NCBI GenBank assembly: GCA_964016885.1
Contig: OZ024742.1
Location: forward strand, 265,298,001-265,362,000
Reading direction: 5' to 3'
Length of the DNA stretch: 64,000 bases
From: Eledone cirrhosa
Lineage: Eukaryota
Position numbers and translations under genes: made by a program. Position 1 is the first letter of the stretch. Each line of letters opens with the position of its first letter. The notes under the pieces were generated by a model. It was not told the origin of the DNA. It searched no databases and saw only the letters and a list, made by a program, of their open reading frames with translations. Shown here piece by piece: positions 12,272 through 26,340 of this stretch.

Positions 12272-12276
<5 letters not shown>

Positions 12277-12654
12277 GATATTAACAAATGGAAACTGTAT
12301 TTATAAAATCATATTTATTTCATTATACATATTTCAAGGATACGAAGTTAAATTATGGTATGCCTTCATCAGAGAAAATACAATATATACCAGTTTTATA
12401 AATAAACATTGACGTACCCTTTCAAAATGCGACCGTTCCTTTTGGAAAACTGGTATATATTGTATTTTGTCTGATGAAGGCATACCATAATTTAACTTGG
12501 TATCCTTGAAATATGTATAATGAAATAAATATGGTTTTATAAATATAGTTTCCATTTGTTAATATCGTATATCTACTCCAAATACTTGTCGAGTGCTTTA
12601 TATCACTTATAAAAATATTTACTTGTTGTATCCCAACAATTTAAATAGAACTTT

Positions 12655-12658
<4 letters not shown>
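12272..12658 (+). mobile_element. Foldback PLE-type remnant with hammerheads on both arms
   Basis: Inverted arms about 12272-12387 and 12446-12572. HHR tattttgt-CTGATGA-aggcatacca..tggtatcctt-GAAA-tatgta-TA-atgaaata at 12463-12527. Tail to 12658; (TA)n both sides. Confidence 0.8.
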
Positions 12659-12689
<31 letters not shown>

Positions 12690-12691
<2 letters not shown>

Positions 12692-12910
12692 CGAAGGAAG
12701 TGTGGTAAGGAACCAGGTGGACCATAACGCACCAGAGTACTCAATACTTTGGGTAGTAGAGTGGGTAATAGGAAAATATTCAAGACCCCGACGGCAGAGC
12801 TCAAGCCGTTTGAACGGCTATTTCTGGACTCAGAATAGCCGCCCAGAATAGCAGTCCAGATATAGCCGTCGAAACGGCTTGACCTCTGTCGTCGGAGTCT
12901 TGAACATTTT

Positions 12911-12914
<4 letters not shown>
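12690..12914 (-). mobile_element. Foldback short element in (TA)n (family also at 4470-4560, 31298-31355, 31777-31972, 41514-41695)
   Basis: Hairpin ataggaaaat.ttcaagac.ccgac..cagag..caagccgttt / mirrored copy, plus shared tail ctacccta/caagtattgagtact.tggtgcgttatggt.cac/tctggt.cttaccac. Confidence 0.75.
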
Positions 12915-12975
<61 letters not shown>

Positions 12976-13229
12976 CTGTATAAATACATGCATATATGTA
13001 AGAAAATGATGATTGACTTTAACTCAGTGATATAATTTATGGAAATAAAACTCTGCATTTCAATATTACTCAATGTAAAATGTAATGCATGAAAAATTGG
13101 AAAACATTATTTTTTGTAATATATCAAATCAAAATTACGTAATTAAATCTTATTCTTATTTTGTTTCTTGTAAATAATTTGTTTCAAAATATCAATTCAA
13201 ATCTTTTGTGAATAGGCATCATATCTTGT

Positions 13230-13462
13230 CATTTACCTATGGTTTAAATTTCATATAAATCGAAGAGAAAGATTTTTCAGCGGGCGGTTGCAGCGGCGGT
13301 TTTGTGGCCCCGGGGAACCCGTTGATTAAAATAAAATATACTTATCCAAGTACCCTGAGCAATGTAGTTTCAGAATATATAAGGTTATGGGGTCTATCTC
13401 CAAAACCATAGGAGTAGTTCATGAACAAAAGAAACAAACAAACAGACAGGAATACAACTTTA
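13230..13462. mobile_element. Possible HINE/Helitron-like non-autonomous element
   Basis: GC-rich patch followed by ..gtagtt..(aaac)n agacag..actttatatata, a layout typical of DINE-1/Lep1-like elements. Confidence 0.3.
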
Positions 13463-13481
13463 TATATATATATATATATAT

Positions 13482-13773
13482 GTAGGAGGTGAGTTTTATT
13501 GTAGTACAATAAAGCGATGCAGATATCGGATAAGTAGCACTCTACAGTTTGTAGGACTGGAGTTTAAATAATATATAAGATCAAAAGATGGTTAAAAGAG
13601 TTCCATGTATTTTATTATGCGCATTTCAAAAACAAATATCATCATGCGTTGACATTTGCGTTTTCGTCAGATATCTGACGAAAACGCAAATGTCATCGCA
13701 TGATATTTGTTTTTGAAATGCGCATAATAAAATACATGGAACTCTTTTAACCATCTTTTGATCTTATATATTA
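13482..13773 (-). mobile_element. Foldback PLE remnant; back-to-back hammerhead cores at the hairpin apex
   Basis: Palindrome centred on tcgtcag-atat-ctgacga (13664-13681); CTGACGA...GAAA-tgcgca-TA-ataaaata. Same family as the 1713-1835 HHR region. Confidence 0.8.
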
Positions 13774-13792
13774 TATATATATATATATATAT

Positions 13793-14139
13793 ACAATGAT
13801 ATTATATAAATGGAAACTATATTTATAAAACCATATTTATTTTATTATATATATTTCAAGGGTACCAAGACACATTGATACGCTTGAATTTCCAACCGAT
13901 AAGGTATGATTTTCATGTCTCTATTTATAAAACAAACTTGATATTTTATCTGATGAAAGCGAATCAATTTGTCTTGGTACCCTTGAAATATATATAATAA
14001 AATAAATATGGTTTTATAAATATAGTTTCCATTTATATAATATCATTGAATATTTACTCCAGTAAACTGTTGAGTGATTTAAATCAGTTATAAACATTTA
14101 TATATTGTTGGACTTCCAACAAATTAAATACCCCTTCTA

Positions 14140-14142
<3 letters not shown>
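13793..14142 (+). mobile_element. Foldback PLE remnant with hammerhead (13942-14004)
   Basis: tattttat-CTGATGA-aag...ctt-GAAA-tatata-TA-ataaaata; inverted arm about 13793-13885; related to 12272-12658. Confidence 0.8.
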
Positions 14143-14196
<54 letters not shown>

Positions 14197-14207
14197 TTAT
14201 ATACTAA

Positions 14208-14258
<51 letters not shown>

Positions 14259-14269
14259 TTATATACTAA

Positions 14270-14315
<46 letters not shown>

Positions 14316-14385
14316 CGGAACAAGTAAACATTAAACAATCTTTTAAATAAATTAAAATACGATTTAAATATTTACCTCTTCTAGT

Positions 14386-14465
14386 GCCATGACGGACGGT
14401 TTCGCTTATCAAAAGATTGGAAATTCAGAGAATTTCCAATGGAAATATATAGCTCTTCAGATAGC
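14386..14465 (-). ncRNA. Type I hammerhead in a ~415-bp island between (TA)n tracts (14313-14728)
   Basis: Reverse complement gctat-CTGAAGA-gc..attggaaattc-tct-gaatttccaat..gc-GAAA-ccgtccg-TC-atggc. Confidence 0.7.
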
Positions 14466-14723
14466 TTTTCCAAATCTACTAGACAGAAGTCCGTATAGAT
14501 GTAAATATATCACCCTCTGCCCAGTGAATGAATCAAGCCGTTAAAATGACTCACACACTTATTGGACCGTTAGAGAAAGCGGGAATTATAGACTCGCGGA
14601 TATTTCATGCTGCTAGAAATAGCAGCATAATACAGCATATTTTTTCTCTACATTAAGGAGAATTAGATAAATGATATAGATATCCCAGTAGGTACTAGGT
14701 ACCCACGGAAATATATATGGTGT

Positions 14724-14766
<43 letters not shown>

Positions 14767-15242
14767 GCAAGCCTGCCCAGCTAGCCAACTTGCCTAAAAC
14801 GGAAGAAATAGACGCTCCAAGCTAGATGCGATCTAGTGTAATGTTGTTCGCTGCTCGGATTCACGCCGACTATTGACATCACCAACTTTACATCGACTGT
14901 CTTTACCACGCCGCCAACCTCAGACCGACTGCTCGCCCTGCATTGGCAACTCCACCGGTTTAAATAGTCTATCTCCAGTAAAACCCGCAAAACAACCGTG
15001 CACCAAGTTTAAAATCAGACACGTGAACCATTGTTTAGTTTTCCTCGCTTATTTTTGTAGATCTGGGAGCAGTATTTCGAATTTGAGAGATACCATCTGC
15101 AGCTGATGATTGACTTTACAATCTCCTTCGTAACACTAACCACTCCTCAGACCTTTGTCGACCAGACAAAAGTACACATTTATAAATAATTATTGATTAT
15201 ATAAGAATTAATCATTGAACTTTCGAGGACGTTGATTTTCCA

Positions 15243-15800
15243 AACTTTCTTACGCACCAAAACAACTGCTGATGCCCAGGGACTGCTCGATGTTTCTCTT
15301 ACTCCACGGCGTTGATAATCTTCCATCGCCTTTTTCATATCCTGTCGCTGAGCTGGTGTCATCCTCCGAACCGGTTGCTTGATTGAGTGATGATCCCCAG
15401 TGTCAATATTGTGCTCGAGCAGGTCGGTGCAACCAAGATCTAGGTGCTCTACAGAGAACACACCAGCATACCTCACTAGCAGCTGCCTCAACCGCAACAC
15501 ATGAGCGTCAACTAAGCACTGACAACTCCTTGCAAATAGATCTTGTAAATGCACTGGCAAACCCCACTTCCTTCGACTACACTCCTTCTGCAAGTACGCA
15601 GCCGACACTGCAGCTGGTCCTCTGCCTAGCCCAGTCACATAATCTGTCCTTTGCGAATCTTCTGTGCCTTCCTTGAGCAGTTTGCCGCCATAACTAGCAC
15701 TTCATCAGCACCTGTCTGAACCAGGGTTTGTCCCACCATCACTCTAGCCTTCATTTTGCACTGTCTGTCGGGCTCCACCACCCCTAGACAGCCATCAAAT
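15243..15800 (-). mobile_element. Gypsy/Ty3 LTR retrotransposon pol relic (region leading into RT)
   Basis: LRQLLVRYAGVFS...DLGCTDLLEHNIDTGDHHSIKQPVRR...SSSPWASAVVLVRKK. Confidence 0.85.
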
Positions 15801-16329
15801 GAGCTTCTAACACTACACTGGAGCTATATATATACATATGTCTGTGTATGTGTGTGTATTAGGCAGGTCTAATCTTCATTTCTGTCGTATTTTTTTAAAG
15901 TTTAACATGAAAAATTGCAGCCATTTATATTATTTTGAAATACATATTTTCTGTGGTCGTTTTAGTTTGCATGAGACTGGACATTGTTCGACAGTGAAGA
16001 GGTTGGTCCATCTACCGGCTCTAAAGTCTCCACTCCCTTACCAGGGAAAGCCATGTAATATAACTGAAAGTAAGCAATTATAGTTTGTGAACTTAAACAT
16101 TTGGATATGCTAGATTTGACATTGCAAAGCTCACAAGTATGTCTAGATAAATCCTCTCTGCAGTTATCCGGTATACAGCGTATAAATAGTTCTAGTCTTA
16201 TAGGAAGTCTCGTAACGTTTTTCTTCATATTTCGCATGCATGAATGTATTTTTCATCATATATCTGGACATCTGGTTCATCCAGCCTCACAACAACGGGC
16301 CACTATGTTCTTCTATCTTTTCCTGTCCC

Positions 16330-16644
16330 TGGTGGTTCTTTAGGTCTTCATTTGCTTACCTTATGGCCTTTTCTCAATAGCTAGTAATTATGTCGTTACA
16401 GTTCTTGTTAGGATATTGTCCCCCATTTATAGAACATGACCTGGCCCTGATGAGAAACTCAGACATTTGACATTGGCTCATAGAAGCACATCCATATTTG
16501 TAATCTTTTCTTGCCATCTAACACCCAGGATTTTTCGGAGGTTTCTTTGTTGGAATGTATCAACCTGTTTTTCAGTTTTGGCGATACTCTTCCATGTGCA
16601 AACAGCATAGGTTGTTGTTAAGATAACAATTCCCCAGAATGACC

Positions 16645-16645
<1 letters not shown>
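16330..16645 (-). mobile_element. RTE LINE C-terminal relic
   Basis: Hand translation: TYAVCTWK...VDTFQQRNLRKILGVRWQEKITN.DVL...GHVL...KRP.GK. Confidence 0.6.
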
Positions 16646-16731
<86 letters not shown>

Positions 16732-16734
<3 letters not shown>

Positions 16735-17136
16735 ATTGGTGCTCTGAAATAGCGATGTATACATGAGTGTATGTATAGTATATTTGCAAAAACATTTAGT
16801 ATATTTGCTAAAAACATTTAGAAGACCATACGCTATCAGTTTTAAAGTAGTGACTATGTCACTTACCTTCTTTTCGGCGAAAGAAGGGAGAGCAGCTGAC
16901 AGTCTGTTTCACGCTGGTTGGGGTTCATCAGAACCACATACTCCCATGCTTTCGCCGAAAATTATAGAAGCTGGATTCTTATAGAATTCCAGTAATAATC
17001 AGGAGCTGTTTATACAGAGCGATTGCCGGTCCAGCAAGAATTAAGTATTAGGATTGGTGCTCTGAAATAGCGATGTATACATGAATGTATGTATAGTATA
17101 TTTGGCAATATACTGTATGTTTAATTAAAAACATTT
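16732..17136 (-). mobile_element. Retrozyme-like non-coding unit, 318-nt period, with central hammerhead
   Basis: Direct repeat aggattggtgctctgaaatagcgatgtatacatga.tgtatgtatagtatatttg at 16732 and 17050; HHR between the copies; abuts (TA)n. Confidence 0.75.
16871..16961 (-). ncRNA. Type I hammerhead ribozyme with long extended stem I
   Basis: Reverse complement ttttcggcgaaag-cat-gggag-tat-gtggtt-CTGATGA-ac..gt-GAAA-cagactg-TC-agctgc-t-ctccc-tt-ctttcgccgaaaa; GUC site; 13-bp perfect distal helix. Confidence 0.9.
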
Positions 17137-18350
17137 ACGGCATATAAATTCGTGTGTATGTGTGTATTCGTGTGATCTTCGGCAGGCAATAAATTTAGAA
17201 AATCCCATTGACACCTATGACACATATAACATTAAAGAAGAGGAGCTATAGACATATAACAAATAAGTTGGGAATTTCTGTGGAACAACTTGATAGAAGC
17301 CATAAACCAAGTCTGCGGCTAGAGCAAACTCAAAGCAAGACGGAGAGGGACTTGGTTGTAAAATAATAGGTTAGGTAGAACCATAAAAACAAGAAGACAA
17401 ACCCCGAGAGACTGGCGGAAAGTGGGAAACATCTGCAATAACAGAAGATCAGAGGCGTGAAGTGTTTGAGATTGCGAGGCAGTATACTAGAGAAACTCAT
17501 AATGTGGTTGAGGAAAAATGTGTACAAAATGATACTGGAGTACCTGACCTGTCTGTTGCCGAAATGATAGAGGCATGGAAAACTTACTACAAGAGAATAA
17601 ACTGGTCGGTGAGGGCCTACCCCACGTAAACCCAACTAAGGGACTAGTCATAAAAGTTAATAGATACATAAAACAATTAAGGACATGAGAGTATGTGTTG
17701 AGCGGTGCGGAGGGGGGGGGGGGGTTCTGCTTTCATTAATATTCAATCGTAACAGAGTTAATATTTTCCCCAGAAATATTTTCTGGCAATAATTAGGAAG
17801 CTAGTTACAGGCATAATCAAGAGGGTTTCATTTTTCTTCTTTGGTTTGAAAATATTCTATATAACAACAATTTACAATAACGAGGCCGTAACAAGGTGTG
17901 GATTTAATGAGAATCTTCCATTAACACCGAATCAGAGAGGTACCAGGACGAGAAAGGTTTCCGGGTTTAAGATGGTCAACACATTTCCACTTTCAATAGT
18001 TGCAGAGTGATATAATTTATAATTGTTTCTACTTTTGTCACAATTTATAATGTAAGTAAGATTCCACTATAGTATTCTTCCCTTAGTTTATACGTTGAAG
18101 AATCTGTTGGCCTGTAGAGGTCAATAACAAATCTTTTGTTAACTCTATGCATGAACACTGTGTTTTTTTGTTTGTGCCCTTGCCGCCCAGTAGGCGATAT
18201 GGAGCTAAATGCTATCAGTCATCACTAATATCTTTTAGCAGAAGTATGCAAATCATATAATCTCTAATTTTCTGGAAATGTAGGATTTTGAGTTTGACAC
18301 AGAATTTGTTTAATAATTTTTTAATATCTTTTAAAAATTCCTTTTCACAG

Positions 18351-18934
18351 ATAATGCTGATCGTTCAAATGTGTGTTGTTATCTGGGACGAGTTGCTGGT
18401 GAACGTGGTTTCCACTGTCATTCCGAAGTTTACAAAGCCAGATACGAGAAGCGCAATGAGGACAGAATTCGATGGTTTAGAAGACATTTTTCGGACAAAA
18501 GCAATAGCCGCAGCTCTCAACAAGAATACACTCGCAAAGATTTTGTTGCTAGTGGCAACCGACATTTATCCGGATCAACAAAACTATTTCCCCGTTATAG
18601 AATCTACAAAGACCCCCACCACCAGCATCATCCAAACAACAACAACAACAACAAAGAAAACAACAAGAACACTGATAATGAATACAATAACAGAGGGTCT
18701 ATCCACTATAACAGAAACGATTTAGAAAGGAAGAAAATATGGGAAAAAAAGAATGCAATAAAATCTCTAATGTTTCACTTTCACAGTTGCGTCTCTCGAA
18801 GAGCTCACGATTTCCATCGATGTTGCTATACTGCCAGCTACCGGAGACAACAAATGTACCGTTATCATAGGCACAAACACTTCAGTAACGGTTTCACTTC
18901 CGTAAACGATCACGTTCTAAATTACTTTTACTAA
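18351..18934 (+). CDS. Probable terminal coding exon of a host gene; anaphylatoxin-like Cys pattern (CCxxG-x8-C...C-x8-CC) with a long N/H/R-rich insert
   Basis: Polypyrimidine acceptor ttccttttcacAG ends at 18350 (phase 1). Non-repetitive open frame NADRSNVCCYLGRVAGERGFHC...CVSRRAHDFHRCC...NYFY* runs to TAA 18934. Upstream exons not identified. Confidence 0.65.
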
Positions 18935-18961
18935 TGAAATAATATTATACAGGTTAATATG

Positions 18962-18995
<34 letters not shown>

Positions 18996-19152
18996 TGTAT
19001 GTATGTATGTATGTATGTATGTATGCATTATGAATGTATGTATGTATCTTTGTTTGTGTGTGTCTGTGTGTTTCTTTTTCACAAATATATACCCACGTAT
19101 GCACATACGCCAGTATATATGTTTACAAACACACACACGTACACATATATAC

Positions 19153-19236
<84 letters not shown>

Positions 19237-19735
19237 AAATGAGAGAAAGAGTGAGATGGAAAGAAAGAGAGAGAGATTTGTTCAGTTACTAAATAGGAAG
19301 GTAAAATGTATTCAATGCAAGTTGACAGAATACTGTCTGCGTTATATGCCATACTTGTATCTATGTATATATGTATATATCAAAATATGTTGTTATGATA
19401 TAGTCTTTAGTGTTCTTCCAAGGCCAGTAATTCTTTAAGCTGTAGTATACTTCCTGAATAAAAACTGAGCAACCACAGCTATACACGAAAGACAACGGAC
19501 AAACACAAAAACGGCAATCATACAAGGTATTCCACCAATCTGCGATATAATATTAGGTCACTGATAATGGTTGATGTCACTCATTGTCAAACTTTCTTCT
19601 CCTTCTGTCAAAAAATAATAAACATTTGTTTTTCGCATCACAGGATTTATGGTCATGTAAAATATGGCTTGGAAAACATTCAACTTTCAGTGACAATTTG
19701 GTTATGAGTGTGTACTACAAGAAATATTATAATAT

Positions 19736-19829
<94 letters not shown>

Positions 19830-19850
19830 GCGTGTGTATGTGTGTGTATG

Positions 19851-20797
19851 TATTGTTACACTTGGGGAGTGTAATATTGCCAGAAATAATAACAGAACAC
19901 ACTCACTGGTTTGTTTTCGCTTTTGTATTTTTTCTATCTCCATAGTTAATTTATTTGGCAATCAATGTTTATCATTGATTGACCAACGACAAACATAGGC
20001 GAGACAGGTCGAAGCATAAAAGAAAGAATAGACCAACACTGGGCGGAACTAAAAGGACAAAAAAAAAACGGTTCAGTACTATATGAACACGCCAGACGGT
20101 AATATAGACAATGACGGTAATATATACAAAATAGAAATTAAAATAATATCTAAGCATAGAAATGACTCTACAGGTAGGCAAACCAGAGAAGCAACTGAGA
20201 TAGAACTAAGAAGACCAAAGTTAAACAGAAAAAATGAATGGAATAATAACAACCATACCCAAACAAACAAAGCTGACTTAAGGGAAATATAAATAAAGAA
20301 ATAATTATATACACAAGTACAATAACAACAAACACATCTAATCACACACTAGTGAACAAAGATAGAATACAAAAACAATAAACATATGCACTCAAACGCG
20401 AACACACACACCAAACATTATACACACACGCAAACGCATACGCAGAGACAAGAGTAAATAAATATATAAATTAATTAATTAAATAAAAATGGCGTAGACA
20501 TTACAATACAATAGGAGGGAACATAATAGTACCACTGATGATGCTGCAGATGTGCAACGAAAGAACTTTGATGGACTATATATATATATTTATATCTGTA
20601 TTTTTAACCATTGGTCAATCAATGATAAACATTGATTGCCAAATAAATTAACTATGGAGATATATAAGATACAGAAACGAAAACCAACCAAACAGTGTGT
20701 TCTGTTATTATTTCTGGCAATATTATAACAATATGACCCTCCCCAAGTATAACAATATTTGTTTCGGCACACGATTTCATATAAAAAACTTGCAAAG

Positions 20798-20800
<3 letters not shown>
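19851..20800 (+). mobile_element. 5'-truncated PLE: inverted partial pLTR, GIY-YIG relic, 3' pLTR with HHR-like motif
   Basis: 19851-19986 is inverted relative to 20611-20757. NIGETGRSIKERIDQHW...RQTREATEIELRRPKLNRKNEW. CTGATGA...GAAA-gaac-TT at 20535-20568. Confidence 0.85.
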
Positions 20801-20855
<55 letters not shown>

Positions 20856-20858
<3 letters not shown>

Positions 20859-22530
20859 CGTTCTGAATTTGTTTAGCAAGATTCTTTATCTGAAAACGTA
20901 TGTTGAAACCGATATTGTTATGCTTTGGGAGGGTCATATTGCCAATAAGAAACACACGCACCAGTTCCTTTCACTCCAATTTATTATAAATTAAATTTAT
21001 AAATTTCCGGTTGGTTGGTTGGTTCCATAACCGGACGGTTGTTCATATATAGTCAAAGTTCTTTCGTCACACATTCTGTGACCTCTTCAGTGACTGGGGA
21101 TTCTTTTCTTTGTTTTTGTACCTCTCCTTTGTTCTGTCCTACGACATCTTGTTTTTGTGTGTGTTGTGTGCTTAGTTTGCGCATGTGTTACATCCGGGTG
21201 TCTGTGTATGTTTATATGTGTTTATTTATTTGTTTATTTACATGTTACTGGTTGGTTGTTTGTTCTATGTGTGTGTGTTTTCATTTTGTCCTTAATTGTA
21301 AGTTGTGATGTTGCTATTCCATTCATGTTTTCTATTTAATTTTGGTTGGAGTTCATTTATGTTTATTGCCTCTGTGATTTGTCTAAACATTGCGTCTTTT
21401 CTGTATATAGATTCTATTTTTATTTCTATGTTCTCTAATTTTCCCTTATGTTCTATTTTAGCATGTTGGTGGAGTATTGATGATTCTTTTTTATCTTGAA
21501 GTTCTCGCCAGTGTTCATTTAACTGTTCTCCTATACTACGAGCTGTCTCACCTATGTACACTATATTCTTATCTTTACACTGCCCTTCAGTATATCTTAT
21601 ACTATATACTACATTTCTAGTTTTACAGTTAATATGGGGGGTTAGTTTACAGATTATGCATTTCTTATCTATACGGGAGGTCTTTGAAAATGGTATGTGT
21701 TGATAATACATGTTTTTATGGAGGTACCTGGTCTTTCTACTATCTTAATATTAAGTTTAAGTTTATCTAGGGCTCTTCTAAATTTGTAAGCTAATTCACC
21801 TCTAGAAGTTGTATTGATGAATATTACACTCTGGTATTTATTGCTATCATACCATGAGTTTATTCTATTAACCTTATTTCTAGTTCTTTCTATTCTATTC
21901 CAAAATTTGCTCCTATACACGGGGCAGGTCCCATTTGTATCATTATTTACCATTTTTTCCCATTTGGTTCTGGAGGTGTACATAGGTGAGATAGCTCGTA
22001 GTATAGGAGAACGGTTAAAATAACACTGGCGAGAACTTCAAGATAAAAAAGAATCATCAATACTCCACCAACATGCTAAAATAGAACATAAGAGCAAATT
22101 AGAGAACATAGAAATAAAAATAGAATCTACACACAGAAAAGACTCAATGTTTAGACAAATCACAGAGGCAATAAACATAAATGAACTCCAACCAAAATTA
22201 AATAGAAAACATGAATGAAATAGCAACATCACAACTTACAATTAAGGACAAAATGAAAATACACACACACATAGAACAAACAACCTACCCGTAACATGTA
22301 AATAAACAAATATAAACACACACAGACACCCGGATGTAACACATGCGCAAACTAAGCACAGAACACACACAAAAACAATATGGCGTAGGACAGAACAAAG
22401 GAGAGGCACAAAAACAAAGAAAAGAATCCCCAGTCACTGAAGAGGTCACAGAATGTGTGACGAAAGAACTTTGACAATATATGAACAACCGTCCGGTAAT
22501 GGAACCAACCAACCAACTGGAAATTTATAA
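20856..22530 (-). mobile_element. 5'-truncated PLE with long inverted duplication
   Basis: ORFs 21669-21983 and 21292-21711 (CIIC...C..RNVVYSI....C....YIGETARSIGE...EH...RQITEAINI..LQPKLNRKHEW). 21977-22530 is an inverted copy of about 21000-21560. Confidence 0.9.
21051..21095 (-). ncRNA. Minimal type I hammerhead in PLE pLTR (copies at 22433-22475 + and 22759-22802 -)
   Basis: agtca-CTGAAGA-g-gtcaca-gaatg-tgtgac-GAAA-gaac-TT-tgact. Confidence 0.8.
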
Positions 22531-22544
22531 ATTCTTAAATTTAT

Positions 22545-25015
<2,471 letters not shown>

Positions 25016-25020
25016 ATCTC

Positions 25021-25134
<114 letters not shown>

Positions 25135-25229
25135 ATATTATAATATATTATATATACATATATAATATATATGTAGAAAATATCCGTAGGTATGAAAAAG
25201 TAAAAAGGAACACAGTCCTCAATCAGGGA

Positions 25230-26340
25230 TGAGATGATATATATGGCTTCCTATGAAAGTACTAGTGTTTGTAATCTTATTGGCTTATACATTCTTCATA
25301 TGCTAAAGTCTAAATTCCCCAACCAGTTCTTTGGTCTATACCGAGACGATTGTCGTTCTAACAGACGCGCTCTAGATAGACTGCGTAAAATTTTTATTGA
25401 CACTTTTTGTGCACTAGGACTTAAATTTACTGTTGATACGAACCTTACTAATGGTAATTTCCTCGATTTAAACTTAGATGCAACCTCAGCTTCGTATAAA
25501 CCATACCATAAACCTAACGAAAAATTGAAATATTTTAATAAAGCCTCATGTGACCACCACTCCTGCAGATTTAAAAAACCCAGTTTCTAATATTAGTAGT
25601 AGGATCTCAAAACTATCAGCAATCAGGAAATGTTCGTTAGGGCTGCGCCATACTACAACAAAACCCTCCTAGATAGTGGTTTTAAGGAGAACATTAAGTA
25701 CACATCCAATCAATCCCAAACCAACCATACTAAAAATACTAACAGAAAAAGAAGAATCATCTGGTTCGCCCCCTTTTCTCTTAAAGTAAAGACTAATGTA
25801 GGAAGTTTTTATAGATTTAATAGATAGAAATTTCCCACCACAACATAGATGCCGTAAAATATTCAACAACAGATTCCGTCAAGATATATTATTCATGTAG
25901 CCTGTCTATGAAATCAAATATTACTGCAAAGAATATGCCCGGCGTAAATCCAAGTTGTCCTTGTATGATTAAAGAGAACTTCCCTCTCCAATAGAAATGT
26001 AATACCAGAGAAAATTCTGAAGTTAGCGAAAGATATATCGGTATGGTGCAAACTCGTTTTAAACAACGTTTTTATCCGCATCTCCATTTCTTCATGAATA
26101 CTGGTATGAGAACCAGAATGGCCCTGACAAAAAGATCGTTTGGCAATCAAAGGAGAAAGGAGTCCTACATAGTTTTACTTGGAAGGTATTTGTGTTTCCA
26201 GACCTTACACCAGTGGTACCATGAGATGTGGTCTGTGCCTTAGTGAGTAATTTAGAATATTACAAAGTTTGTCGTCTGCAAACAATAATTATTTGATCTC
26301 AAAGAACGTAATTTTTAGGGTATGGCTCCATCTCAAGACT
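25230..26340 (+). mobile_element. Decayed Penelope-like element, RT core through GIY-YIG
   Basis: MASYEST.VCNLIGLYIL..GLYRDD...NFLDLNL...YKPYHKPN...RKRRIIWF...YIGM..TRFKQRFY.H...RCGLCLSE. Confidence 0.85.

Noticed and set aside
14763-15180. Possible LTR of the adjacent Gypsy relic
   Set aside because: No second LTR, no clear TG..CA ends, and no confident PBS or PPT.
18288-18725. Alternative-frame ORF overlapping the candidate exon
   Set aside because: No recognisable motif; poly-Thr comes from the AAC repeat. The other frame has the Cys pattern and is longer.
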